A stretch of 47,052 nt of DNA from a virus (taxonomy: Duplodnaviria > Caudoviricetes): positions 1 to 47,052 of IMG/VR virus record IMGVR_UViG_3300032312_000611; one strand, 5' to 3'. How positions within the stretch are numbered: the first letter of the stretch is position 1; every line of letters starts with the position of its first letter. The notes below the pieces were generated by a model, which was not told where the DNA came from, ran no database searches, and was given only the letters and a program-made list of their open reading frames with translations. This document shows, piece by piece, positions 10,446 through 18,808 of this stretch. Both the position numbers and the translations under genes were made by a program.

Positions 10446-13400
10446 ATGAACTATGTAGGCTTACATGTTCATACTCACTACTCCCTATTTGACGGCATAG
10501 CAACTCCACAAGAGTATGTAGACCGTGCTAGCAAGTTGGGTATGAACGCTCTTGCAATTACAGATCACGGTACACTTTCTGGTCACAGAGAGTTGTATCG
10601 TGCTGCAAAAGAAAAGGGTATTAAGCCAATCCTTGGTTTAGAAGGATACATGTGTGCAGACATATCAGATAAAAGAGATAAGTCTGAAAGAGAAGGTCAA
10701 CAAGATCTTGTTTATAACCACATTGTCCTTCTAGCCAAGAACCAAAAAGGTTTGGAAAACCTTAACAAGATTAGTGAGATTGCATGGACAGATGGGTTTT
10801 TTAAGAAACCAAGGTTTGACTTTGAGATTCTTAAAAAGTATAAAGAAGGAATTATTGTAACGTCTGCTTGTCCTAGTAGCGTTATTGTTAAAGCATTAGA
10901 AGAGCAAGAGTTTGCAATTGCTAAAAAGAACATTAACTGGTTTAAAGATAACTTTGGTAGCGATTACTACATTGAGGTTATGCCACACAATACACCAGAA
11001 ATAAATAAATATCTTATTGAACTTGCTGATGAATTTGGTATAAAGGTTGTTGTTACGCCAGACTGTCATCATTCAGATACATTGCAAAGAGAAATACAAG
11101 AGTTTAAATTAATTTTAAATACACATGAAAAAATAAAAAAAGAAGCAACATACGAAAAGTCTAAAAAGAAAACAGACATGATGGAACGACTTGATTATTT
11201 ATACGGACAAGACCGCCAAATAACATTTAACAAATTTGATATTCATCTATTATCTTATGAAGAAATTAAGGCAGCAATGGAACTGCAGGGTATTGATCGA
11301 CCAGACATATACTCAAACACAATACTTTTGGCAGATACAGTAGAAGACTATGACATTAAAGATGGGCTAAATCTTTTACCAGTTCAATATAAAAACCCAG
11401 ATCAAGAGTTAGCAAACTTAGCGTTTGCAGGACTTGAAAAGTATCGGCTTACCGATAACTGGCTTGGAAATGATATTTATGAACAAAGACTTGACGAAGA
11501 GTTAGAAATTATTCGTAATAAAAAATTTGCACCATATTTTCTTGTAGTAAGCAACATGATTAATTGGGCTAAAAAAGAAGGTGTTTTAGTTGGTCCAGGT
11601 CGTGGATCATCTGCTGGTTCTTTAGTTTGTTATTTACTTGGTATTACAACAATTGATCCAATAGAACATGGTCTTTTGTTTTTTCGTTTTATTAATCCAG
11701 AACGTAACGACTTTCCTGATATTGATACGGACATTCAAGATACTCGTCGTGATGAAGTAAAAGATTATTTAGTTAGACAGTATAGACACGTAGCATCTAT
11801 TGCTACATTCCTTGAGTTTAAAGATAAAGGTGTTGTAAGAGATGTTGCACGAGTTTTAGATATACCATTAACAGATGTTAACAAAGTATTAAAGTTAGTC
11901 GATACTTGGGATGAATATTGTACCTCTAAAACTACACTGTGGTTTAGAGAAAAATATCCAGAGGTGGAGATTTATGGAGAACAATTACGTGGTCGTATTA
12001 GAGGTACTGGCATTCATGCTGCTGGTGTGGTTACTAGTAAGGATCCAATATTTAGGTATGCGCCATTGGAAACTCGCTCTTCTCCTGGATCCGATGATCG
12101 CATTCCTGTGGTTGGTGTTGATATGGAAGAGGCTGAAAAGATTGGTCTTATTAAAATTGACGCATTAGGTCTTAAAACTTTAAGCGTAGTAAAAGATGCT
12201 ATTGATATGATTAAACAAAATCACTACAAAGACATCGATCTTTTATCAATTGATATGGCAGATCCCAAAGTATATGAGATGCTTTCAGACGGGTATACAA
12301 AAGGTGTATTCCAGTGTGAAGCAACACCATATACAAACCTCCTAGTAAAAATGGGAGTAAAGAACTTTAATGAGTTAGCAGCATCAAATGCTTTAGTTCG
12401 TCCAGGTGCTATGAATACTATTGGTAAAGACTATATTGCTCGTAAGCATGGTAAGCAGAATGTTTCCTATACCCACCAAATTATGAAAGAGTTCACAGAT
12501 GATACATATGGGTGTATCCTGTATCAAGAGCAAGTTATGCAGGCTTGTGTTTACCTAGGTGGAATGTCAATGTCTGATGCTGACAAGGTACGTAAAATTA
12601 TTGGAAAGAAAAAAGATGCAAAAGAGTTCGATATTTATAAAGAACGTTTTATTACTGGCGCTTCTGCCTATATTGCTCCCAATCAGGCTCGTGATCTATG
12701 GCATGACTTTGAGGCGCATGCGGGATACTCGTTCAACAAGTCTCATGCGGTTGCTTATTCTACGCTCTCGTATTGGACGGCGTGGTTAAAATATTATTAT
12801 CCACTTGAATTTATGTTTGCTCTTCTTAAAAATGAAAAAGATAAAGATGGTAGAACAGAATATCTTATTGAAGCAAAACGCATGGGGATCTCTATTAAAC
12901 TTCCACACATTAATGACTCAGATCTCGATTTTAAAATTGAAGGTAAGGGTATAAGGTTTGGGCTAACAGGAATTAAGTTTATTTCTAATAACATTGCTGC
13001 AAAATATATTGCTGCTCGTCCATTTAAAACATACAAAGAACTTGAAGAATTTACTTTTACAAAAGGTAATGGTGTAAATAGCCGAGCACTTAATGCTCTT
13101 AGACTTGTTGGTGCAGCAACATTTCCTGACAATGAGAGAAACGATAGTGAAATTAAAGAAAATATTTATGAATATTTAAATCTTCCAGAATTTAATATAA
13201 CGATTCCTTCACACTATTATGCATTTATTCAAGACATTGATTCATTTGAAGAAAAAGGATCATACATTTTAATGGGTATGGTTAAAACAATTAAACGAGG
13301 AAAGGGATGGTCACGAGTTGAAATTCTGGACAAAACTGGGAGTATTGGTATATTTGATGAAGAATCAACGACTATTGAGACGGGTCGTACTTACTTGGTT

Positions 13401-13733
13401 CTTGCTAATGACAATAGGATTGTATCTGCAATTCCTGTTGATGAAATAAAAGAATCTTCAAATGCACTTGTTAAATTTTTAGGTTATAAACAATTACCAT
13501 ATAGCGAAGAAGAGATGTTTGTTGTTTCTTTTAAATCAAGAGTTACAAAGGCTGGAAAAAAAATGGCTTCTTTAACTTTAGCAGATACAGCAAGGGATTT
13601 ACATTCAGTAACAGTATTTCCAACTGCATTTCCTAAAGCGTATATGCACATTGAAGAAGGCAAATCATATAAGTTTAGTTTCGGTAAAACTAAAGATGGA
13701 ACAGTTATAATGGAGGATGTAAATGTCAGTTAG
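10446..13733 (+). CDS. dnaE: DNA polymerase III alpha subunit (C family)
   Basis: PHP motifs HVHTHYSLFDG and ITDHG; GPGRGSSAGS; PDIDTD; HAAGVV; KIDALGL; YSFNKSHA; C-terminal OB folds; no intein apparent. Confidence 0.96.
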   Translation: MNYVGLHVHTHYSLFDGIATPQEYVDRASKLGMNALAITDHGTLSGHRELYRAAKEKGIKPILGLEGYMCADISDKRDKSEREGQQDLVYNHIVLLAKNQKGLENLNKISEIAWTDGFFKKPRFDFEILKKYKEGIIVTSACPSSVIVKALEEQEFAIAKKNINWFKDNFGSDYYIEVMPHNTPEINKYLIELADEFGIKVVVTPDCHHSDTLQREIQEFKLILNTHEKIKKEATYEKSKKKTDMMERLDYLYGQDRQITFNKFDIHLLSYEEIKAAMELQGIDRPDIYSNTILLADTVEDYDIKDGLNLLPVQYKNPDQELANLAFAGLEKYRLTDNWLGNDIYEQRLDEELEIIRNKKFAPYFLVVSNMINWAKKEGVLVGPGRGSSAGSLVCYLLGITTIDPIEHGLLFFRFINPERNDFPDIDTDIQDTRRDEVKDYLVRQYRHVASIATFLEFKDKGVVRDVARVLDIPLTDVNKVLKLVDTWDEYCTSKTTLWFREKYPEVEIYGEQLRGRIRGTGIHAAGVVTSKDPIFRYAPLETRSSPGSDDRIPVVGVDMEEAEKIGLIKIDALGLKTLSVVKDAIDMIKQNHYKDIDLLSIDMADPKVYEMLSDGYTKGVFQCEATPYTNLLVKMGVKNFNELAASNALVRPGAMNTIGKDYIARKHGKQNVSYTHQIMKEFTDDTYGCILYQEQVMQACVYLGGMSMSDADKVRKIIGKKKDAKEFDIYKERFITGASAYIAPNQARDLWHDFEAHAGYSFNKSHAVAYSTLSYWTAWLKYYYPLEFMFALLKNEKDKDGRTEYLIEAKRMGISIKLPHINDSDLDFKIEGKGIRFGLTGIKFISNNIAAKYIAARPFKTYKELEEFTFTKGNGVNSRALNALRLVGAATFPDNERNDSEIKENIYEYLNLPEFNITIPSHYYAFIQDIDSFEEKGSYILMGMVKTIKRGKGWSRVEILDKTGSIGIFDEESTTIETGRTYLVLANDNRIVSAIPVDEIKESSNALVKFLGYKQLPYSEEEMFVVSFKSRVTKAGKKMASLTLADTARDLHSVTVFPTAFPKAYMHIEEGKSYKFSFGKTKDGTVIMEDVNVS

Positions 13734-14736
13734 TGTAGAAGATGTATTATCTCAGTTAGACCCAAGGATTAGAAAACGTCTTGGAACAGGAGAGGGAGTT
13801 ACTTTTGAGTATCAGCCAACTCCAAGTTTTGGATTAAATCGTGCTTTAGGTGGTGGACTACCATACGGCAGACAAGTACTTATATGGGGTAGTAAATCAT
13901 CTGCTAAATCATCTATGTGTTTACAAATGATTGCCTTAGCCCAAGCAGAAGGAAAAGTTTGTGCGTGGATTGATTCTGAAATGTCATACTCAGAAGATTG
14001 GGCTAAAAAACTTGGGGTAGATCCAACAAAGTTAATCTATTCACAAGCAAGAACTATTAGCGATATGGTAGATGTTGGCGTCGGTCTTATTAATGCTGGT
14101 GTTGACTTAATTGTAATTGATTCAATTACTTCAATGCTTCCTGCTATATACTTTGAAAAAGATTCAAATGAAATGAAGGCTTTGGAAAATACAAAGCAGA
14201 TTGGAGCAGAGTCTCGTGACTTTAGTAATGCTTGGAAAATGCTTAATTATGCAAATAATAAAGTTAAGCCAACTCTTTTGGTTCTTATTAGTCAGAGCCG
14301 TAACAATATTAACGCTATGTATACTAGCCAGCAGCCTTCTGGTGGGCAGGCTACTAAGTTCTATTCATCTTGCGTTATCAAATTATTTTCCTCTGAGTCT
14401 GACAATCAGGCTATCAAGGGTAAGATTAAGGTTGGCGATAAACTCATTGAAGAAAAAATTGGTAGAAAAATTCGTTGGGAGTTACAATTTTCTAAAACGT
14501 CTCCTGGATTCCAATCTGGGGAATACGATTTCTACTTCCGTGGAGATGATATTGGTCTTGATGCTATTGGTGATCTTGTTGATACGGCTGAATCACTTGG
14601 TTTAGTAGAAAGAACAGGTGCTTGGTATCTTCTTCCAGATGGCACAAAGGTTCAAGGTAGAGAAGGTTTTATAAATCGTGTTAAAGAAGATTTAGATTTA
14701 CAAGAACACATTAAGGCAAAAATAATTAATGCTTGA
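13723..14736 (+). CDS. recA: RecA-like recombinase
   Basis: ALGGGLPYGR, P-loop GSKSSAKS, WIDSE, LIVIDS, ISQSR, GGQATKFYSS, GAWY, QGRE. Confidence 0.9.
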   Translation: MSVSVEDVLSQLDPRIRKRLGTGEGVTFEYQPTPSFGLNRALGGGLPYGRQVLIWGSKSSAKSSMCLQMIALAQAEGKVCAWIDSEMSYSEDWAKKLGVDPTKLIYSQARTISDMVDVGVGLINAGVDLIVIDSITSMLPAIYFEKDSNEMKALENTKQIGAESRDFSNAWKMLNYANNKVKPTLLVLISQSRNNINAMYTSQQPSGGQATKFYSSCVIKLFSSESDNQAIKGKIKVGDKLIEEKIGRKIRWELQFSKTSPGFQSGEYDFYFRGDDIGLDAIGDLVDTAESLGLVERTGAWYLLPDGTKVQGREGFINRVKEDLDLQEHIKAKIINA

Positions 14737-14914
14737 GCCAAAGTTTACTGTATATCCTGGAAAATGGCCTTGTAAAACTTGTCAAGAAATTGTAACATAT
14801 TTAAGATATTGGAGAGAAACTGGAGATGCAACATGGATGTGTACACAAAAACATATATCAAAAGTTGGACTTATACCTCCAAAGAAAAAAAAGAAAGATT
14901 TTATAAATGAGTGA
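14729..14914 (+). CDS. Small zinc-binding protein
   Basis: CKTC...CTQKH; basic tail. Confidence 0.6.
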   Translation: MLEPKFTVYPGKWPCKTCQEIVTYLRYWRETGDATWMCTQKHISKVGLIPPKKKKKDFINE

Positions 14915-15197
14915 AAAAAATGAATCAAAAAGAATAGGTGCAAAACAACACAAAAATTCAGGTAGAAACACACAAAAGGGTGATGCGACTTGGAGACAGT
15001 TTGTTGTTGATTTTAAAGAAGCCAATAAATCTTTTACATTAAATAAAGATGTGTGGGCAAAGGTTGTTACAGATTCTATTCAAGCGGGTAGAGATAAATC
15101 TCCAGCCATTGTTGTAGTCCTTGGAGAGGGTAATACAAAAGTAAGACTTGCTATAATTGAAATGGATTTGTTAGAACAGTTAACAGAGGAGAAATAA
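14907..15197 (+). CDS. Hjc-like Holliday junction resolvase (PD-(D/E)XK)
   Basis: MSE...NSG...KGDA...VDFKEANKSFTL. Confidence 0.65.
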   Translation: MSEKNESKRIGAKQHKNSGRNTQKGDATWRQFVVDFKEANKSFTLNKDVWAKVVTDSIQAGRDKSPAIVVVLGEGNTKVRLAIIEMDLLEQLTEEK

Positions 15198-15198
15198 C

Positions 15199-15516
15199 AT
15201 GACAGAACAAGCACAGCCAACAAGTACAACATTGGAAATGGTTAATGGTTTAACAGAAATTGCTGATTATATGAAAGATGAAGAGTTAACTATTGCTTTA
15301 ACTATGATTGCTAAGTTAATTCTTAAACCAGATGTTCCGTTAAATGTTGCTACTATTGAAATAGTAAGGCTACAAGCAATTGCAGCAAAGATGTCCTTTA
15401 GGGCTACGTGGATGGCTAATGTAGATAAATCTGACAGGGCAAAGAAAAACATATACTTTACAGCAGCAGAATCAATCAAAGATCTAGTATCAGCGCTTAA
15501 ATACATCATACGCTGA
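15199..15516 (+). CDS. Hypothetical helical protein
   Basis: 105 aa; GAGGAG RBS. Confidence 0.65.
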   Translation: MTEQAQPTSTTLEMVNGLTEIADYMKDEELTIALTMIAKLILKPDVPLNVATIEIVRLQAIAAKMSFRATWMANVDKSDRAKKNIYFTAAESIKDLVSALKYIIR

Positions 15517-15518
15517 AC

Positions 15519-15527
15519 TGGTATACT
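15519..15527 (+). promoter_or_regulatory. Extended -10 promoter
   Basis: TGGTATACT in the intergenic gap, followed by AAGGA RBS. Confidence 0.55.
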
Positions 15528-15548
15528 TATATAAAACAAAGGATAAAT

Positions 15549-16385
15549 ATGACTAAGAATTTACTACAAAGCGTTATGGTTAAAAGTGGCAGTTCAGATA
15601 AACCAGCATTTGATGTTTCAGGAATAATAGAAAAAATGCATGAAGGTTATTTGTTTGACTTAGAACCAAAAAAACTTACTAAAAAAACTTTTGCTCCATC
15701 TACTATAACCTATAGCGATGGAAATGGAGTTTGTCCTAGATATTGGTATCTTGCTTTTGAAGGTAGTATTTTTGAAAGTTATAGCACTCCATTTGACATA
15801 GCCAATATGAGTAGTGGAACTCTTTCTCACAGCAGAATTGAAAAGGCATTAAGGCATTCAGGAATTGCAAGAATATATAAAAAAGAAAATCCTAAAACTG
15901 GAGAATTAGAAGACACGACAGAGTTTAAAGTTACAAGTTCTAATCCTCCAATTTTTGGATATGGAGATTGCATGCTTGTTTGGAATGAAGAAGAAATTGT
16001 TGGAGAAATAAAAACACAAAACAATGAAGCCTTTGAGTATAGAAAAAGAGCCAACAAGCCAAAACAAGATCACGTAGCACAAGTTTTAATTTACATGAAA
16101 ATTTTAGGTAGATCTAAAGGTATTATTATTTATGAAAATAAAAACAATCATGAACTTTTATTATTTCCTATTGAAGTCAATGATGCTTATAGATCTTGGA
16201 TTAATAATACTTTTGATTGGATGAATGAAGTTCACGCTTCTTGGAAAAATAAAGAGTTACCAATTAAAAATTATAGAAATAATGCCAAGATTTGTAAAAA
16301 ATGTCCAGTTAAAAAAGCATGTGATGATGCTGGTGCTGGCGTTGTTAAGATTAAATCTTTGGAGAAGTTGATTGAAAATTTGTGA
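15549..16385 (+). CDS. Cas4-like / RecB-family exonuclease with Fe-S cysteines
   Basis: CPRYWY, GTLSH, GYGD...GEIKT, QVLIY, CKKCPVKKAC. Confidence 0.85.
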   Translation: MTKNLLQSVMVKSGSSDKPAFDVSGIIEKMHEGYLFDLEPKKLTKKTFAPSTITYSDGNGVCPRYWYLAFEGSIFESYSTPFDIANMSSGTLSHSRIEKALRHSGIARIYKKENPKTGELEDTTEFKVTSSNPPIFGYGDCMLVWNEEEIVGEIKTQNNEAFEYRKRANKPKQDHVAQVLIYMKILGRSKGIIIYENKNNHELLLFPIEVNDAYRSWINNTFDWMNEVHASWKNKELPIKNYRNNAKICKKCPVKKACDDAGAGVVKIKSLEKLIENL

Positions 16386-16662
16386 AAATTGTGAAATAGT
16401 TTTTAAACCCAAAGTAACTTATCAAATTTATTGTGGGACAGAATGTCGTGATGTTGCAACAAAAAGTAAGATTGCTTTAAGATATAATATAACACGAACA
16501 CAAAAAAGAATTGGAAAAGTTAGAAAATGTTTAGGCGGTTGTAAGGTAGATCTTTCAATATATAATGAATCTGGTTTTTGTTCTAATTGTAATGTAAGCA
16601 AAAAGTCAGTAGACAAAATGTTAAAACAAATAAAAGGATTTTTTGATTATGAACAAGACTAA
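16372..16662 (+). CDS. Cys-rich zinc-finger protein
   Basis: CENC, CGTEC, CLGGC, CSNC; TTG start with GGAG. Confidence 0.65.
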   Translation: MKICENCEIVFKPKVTYQIYCGTECRDVATKSKIALRYNITRTQKRIGKVRKCLGGCKVDLSIYNESGFCSNCNVSKKSVDKMLKQIKGFFDYEQD

Positions 16663-17239
16663 GTGGGGTGCAATTGTGGAGCCAAATAAAATTTGTGCTA
16701 TTGATGCTAGTACTAATAGTCTTGCTTTTGCATTGTTTGAAAACAAAAAACTTGGCACTATTGGAAAAATAAAATTTGAAGGTAACACAAATTATGAAAA
16801 AGTAATGGATGCTTGTGCCAAAACAAAAGCATTTTTTGAATATTCTGGTGGCTTTGAAGCAATAGTGATTGAACACACAGTTTTTATGAATAGCCCTAAG
16901 ACTGCTGCAGATCTTGCATTAGTTCAAGGTGCACTCCTTGGCGCAGCGGGTTTAACTGGAACAAAACAAATAGGGACCGTAGCCCCAATTACTTGGCAAA
17001 ACTATTTAGGAAATAAAAAGTTGAGTAAAGAAGAACAGTTAGAAATTAGAGTTACAAACCCTGGAAAATCAATATCTTGGTATAAAACATTTGAACGGCA
17101 GACAAGAAAAGAAAGGACAATAAAATTAATTGAAATTAACTATAATAAAATCATTAACGATAATGACGTTGCTGACGCTTGTGGCATCGGCCATTGGGCT
17201 ATTAATAATTGGAATAAAGCAATAGGGGGAGCAGAATAA
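16649..17239 (+). CDS. RuvC-like resolvase / RNase H-fold nuclease
   Basis: AIDASTNSLAFA, IVIEH, LALVQG, DNDVADACGIG. Confidence 0.75.
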   Translation: MNKTKWGAIVEPNKICAIDASTNSLAFALFENKKLGTIGKIKFEGNTNYEKVMDACAKTKAFFEYSGGFEAIVIEHTVFMNSPKTAADLALVQGALLGAAGLTGTKQIGTVAPITWQNYLGNKKLSKEEQLEIRVTNPGKSISWYKTFERQTRKERTIKLIEINYNKIINDNDVADACGIGHWAINNWNKAIGGAE

Positions 17240-17883
17240 TGCCAGAGTTAAATGCAAACATACCACCTATAGAATGTTATGTGCGTGGAAACTATTTAAG
17301 GAATCAGTTAGACAGTCATGACAAATATTTTCCATGTGTTATATTTGGTGTTGCTAGTATAAAAAGTAGAAGTCCTTTATTTCATATAATGATGGAGGAT
17401 GGCGGATTATGGTGGAGATTACCAATTAGTGCATTTTGTACAAAGCCTGGAGTTCCTGAATCAGACATACATAATTTAGTTTTATGGAATGCATTTAGCC
17501 ATCACATATCTGTAACTAAATTTGAAAATCTTACAAACCTTAGAATGTCATACATTGATAGAACAAAAACAATGCACAAAGGTACTTACTTGTTTACTCT
17601 TGATTGGCATAACCCAGATACTAACGTAATGGATGATGGATACTCTGAGAGTCCTTCTGAACATAAATGTGGACATGTAATACAAAGAGATGATGGAAAC
17701 TTTGCTATTCAACCTAACAATAGAGTTCGCATATACGAACCTTCTTTTACTTTAAAAAAGGATTATGTTATAGATAGAATAATTAATGATTATAAGTGGG
17801 ACGTAGAAAATCAAGACAAGTGGACGCTAGAAGACAGTAATAGGTTTAATTATGATATTAATGAGACTGAGGTTGACAAATAA
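17239..17883 (+). CDS. Hypothetical phage protein
   Basis: 214 aa, GGGGGAG RBS; no motif assigned. Confidence 0.7.
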   Translation: MPELNANIPPIECYVRGNYLRNQLDSHDKYFPCVIFGVASIKSRSPLFHIMMEDGGLWWRLPISAFCTKPGVPESDIHNLVLWNAFSHHISVTKFENLTNLRMSYIDRTKTMHKGTYLFTLDWHNPDTNVMDDGYSESPSEHKCGHVIQRDDGNFAIQPNNRVRIYEPSFTLKKDYVIDRIINDYKWDVENQDKWTLEDSNRFNYDINETEVDK

Positions 17884-17901
17884 TCTTATGACTGGTAAAC
17901 T
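17873..17901 (+). promoter_or_regulatory. Promoter upstream of the DUF3310/terminase genes
   Basis: TTGACA-N17-TAAACT with TG extension. Confidence 0.65.
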
Positions 17902-18043
17902 ATATACAAGCGAGGTTTGGCTTCGTAAGAGATATCTTATAGATAAAAAATCTCCACAAGATATTGCTAAAGAGTGTGGGGCAAGCATAGAAACAATCTA
18001 TGTGTACCTTGCAAAATTTGGATTAAGGAAATCAAAACGATGA
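17888..18043 (+). CDS. Small HTH protein
   Basis: WLRKRY...SPQDIAKECGASIETIYVYLAKFGL. Confidence 0.65.
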   Translation: MTGKLYTSEVWLRKRYLIDKKSPQDIAKECGASIETIYVYLAKFGLRKSKR

Positions 18044-18285
18044 GTAATAATTTAAATATTACGGTTGATCAAGTTAACCACCCCTTACACTACACAACTG
18101 ATCCTAGTGGAGTTGAGTGTATACAGATTACACGTCATCGCAATTTTAATATTGGAAATGCTTTTAAATATTTGTGGAGAGCAGGACTTAAAGATGAACA
18201 AAAAACAATCCAAGATTTAGAAAAAGCAATTTTTTATATTAAAGATGAGATTAATCGCTTAGAAGGAAAATACCATGTCAACTGA
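18040..18285 (+). CDS. DUF3310 (SaV-like) protein
   Basis: VNHPLHYT...ECIQI...FNIGNAFKYLWRAGLK...DLEKAIFY. Confidence 0.85.
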   Translation: MSNNLNITVDQVNHPLHYTTDPSGVECIQITRHRNFNIGNAFKYLWRAGLKDEQKTIQDLEKAIFYIKDEINRLEGKYHVN

Positions 18286-18808
18286 AACAGAACTGATTGA
18301 ACATTTAGATGAAGTAAACAAAGTAGTTACAGAATATCTAAAGGGTCAAGACCCAACAAAAATATCTAAAGAACTGGACATGCCTAGAACTCGTGTTGTT
18401 GCATTAATTAATGAGTGGAAAGTTATGGCATCTGCAAATGATGCAATCCGTGCTCGTGCTAAAGAAGCCCTTGCTGGAGCAGATACTCATTACACTAAAC
18501 TTATTACAAAGGCTTATGAAGTAATTGATGAATCAAGTATGACTAATAACCTTAGTGCAAAAACTCAGGCCATTAAACTTGTTATGGATATTGAAAAATC
18601 TAGAATTGAAATGCTTCAAAAGGCTGGCTTGTTAGAAAATAAAGAACTTGCCGAAGAGATGATTCAAATTGAAAGACGACAAGAAGTCCTTGTTGAAATA
18701 CTTAGAGAGATTGCTTCTACACATCCAGAGGTTCGTGATTTAATTATGCATAGGCTTTCAAAAATTGCAAAAGAAGGCGAAGTGATTACAATTGTCCAAG
18801 ATGTTTAA
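18275..18808 (+). CDS. Probable terminase small subunit
   Basis: N-terminal HTH-like segment plus helical/coiled-coil body; overlaps the start of TerL. Confidence 0.55.
   Translation: MSTETELIEHLDEVNKVVTEYLKGQDPTKISKELDMPRTRVVALINEWKVMASANDAIRARAKEALAGADTHYTKLITKAYEVIDESSMTNNLSAKTQAIKLVMDIEKSRIEMLQKAGLLENKELAEEMIQIERRQEVLVEILREIASTHPEVRDLIMHRLSKIAKEGEVITIVQDV

Noticed and set aside
15549-16385. Cas4-like gene as evidence of a CRISPR-Cas system
   Set aside because: No repeat-spacer array or other cas genes are visible; solo Cas4-like nucleases are common in phage recombination modules
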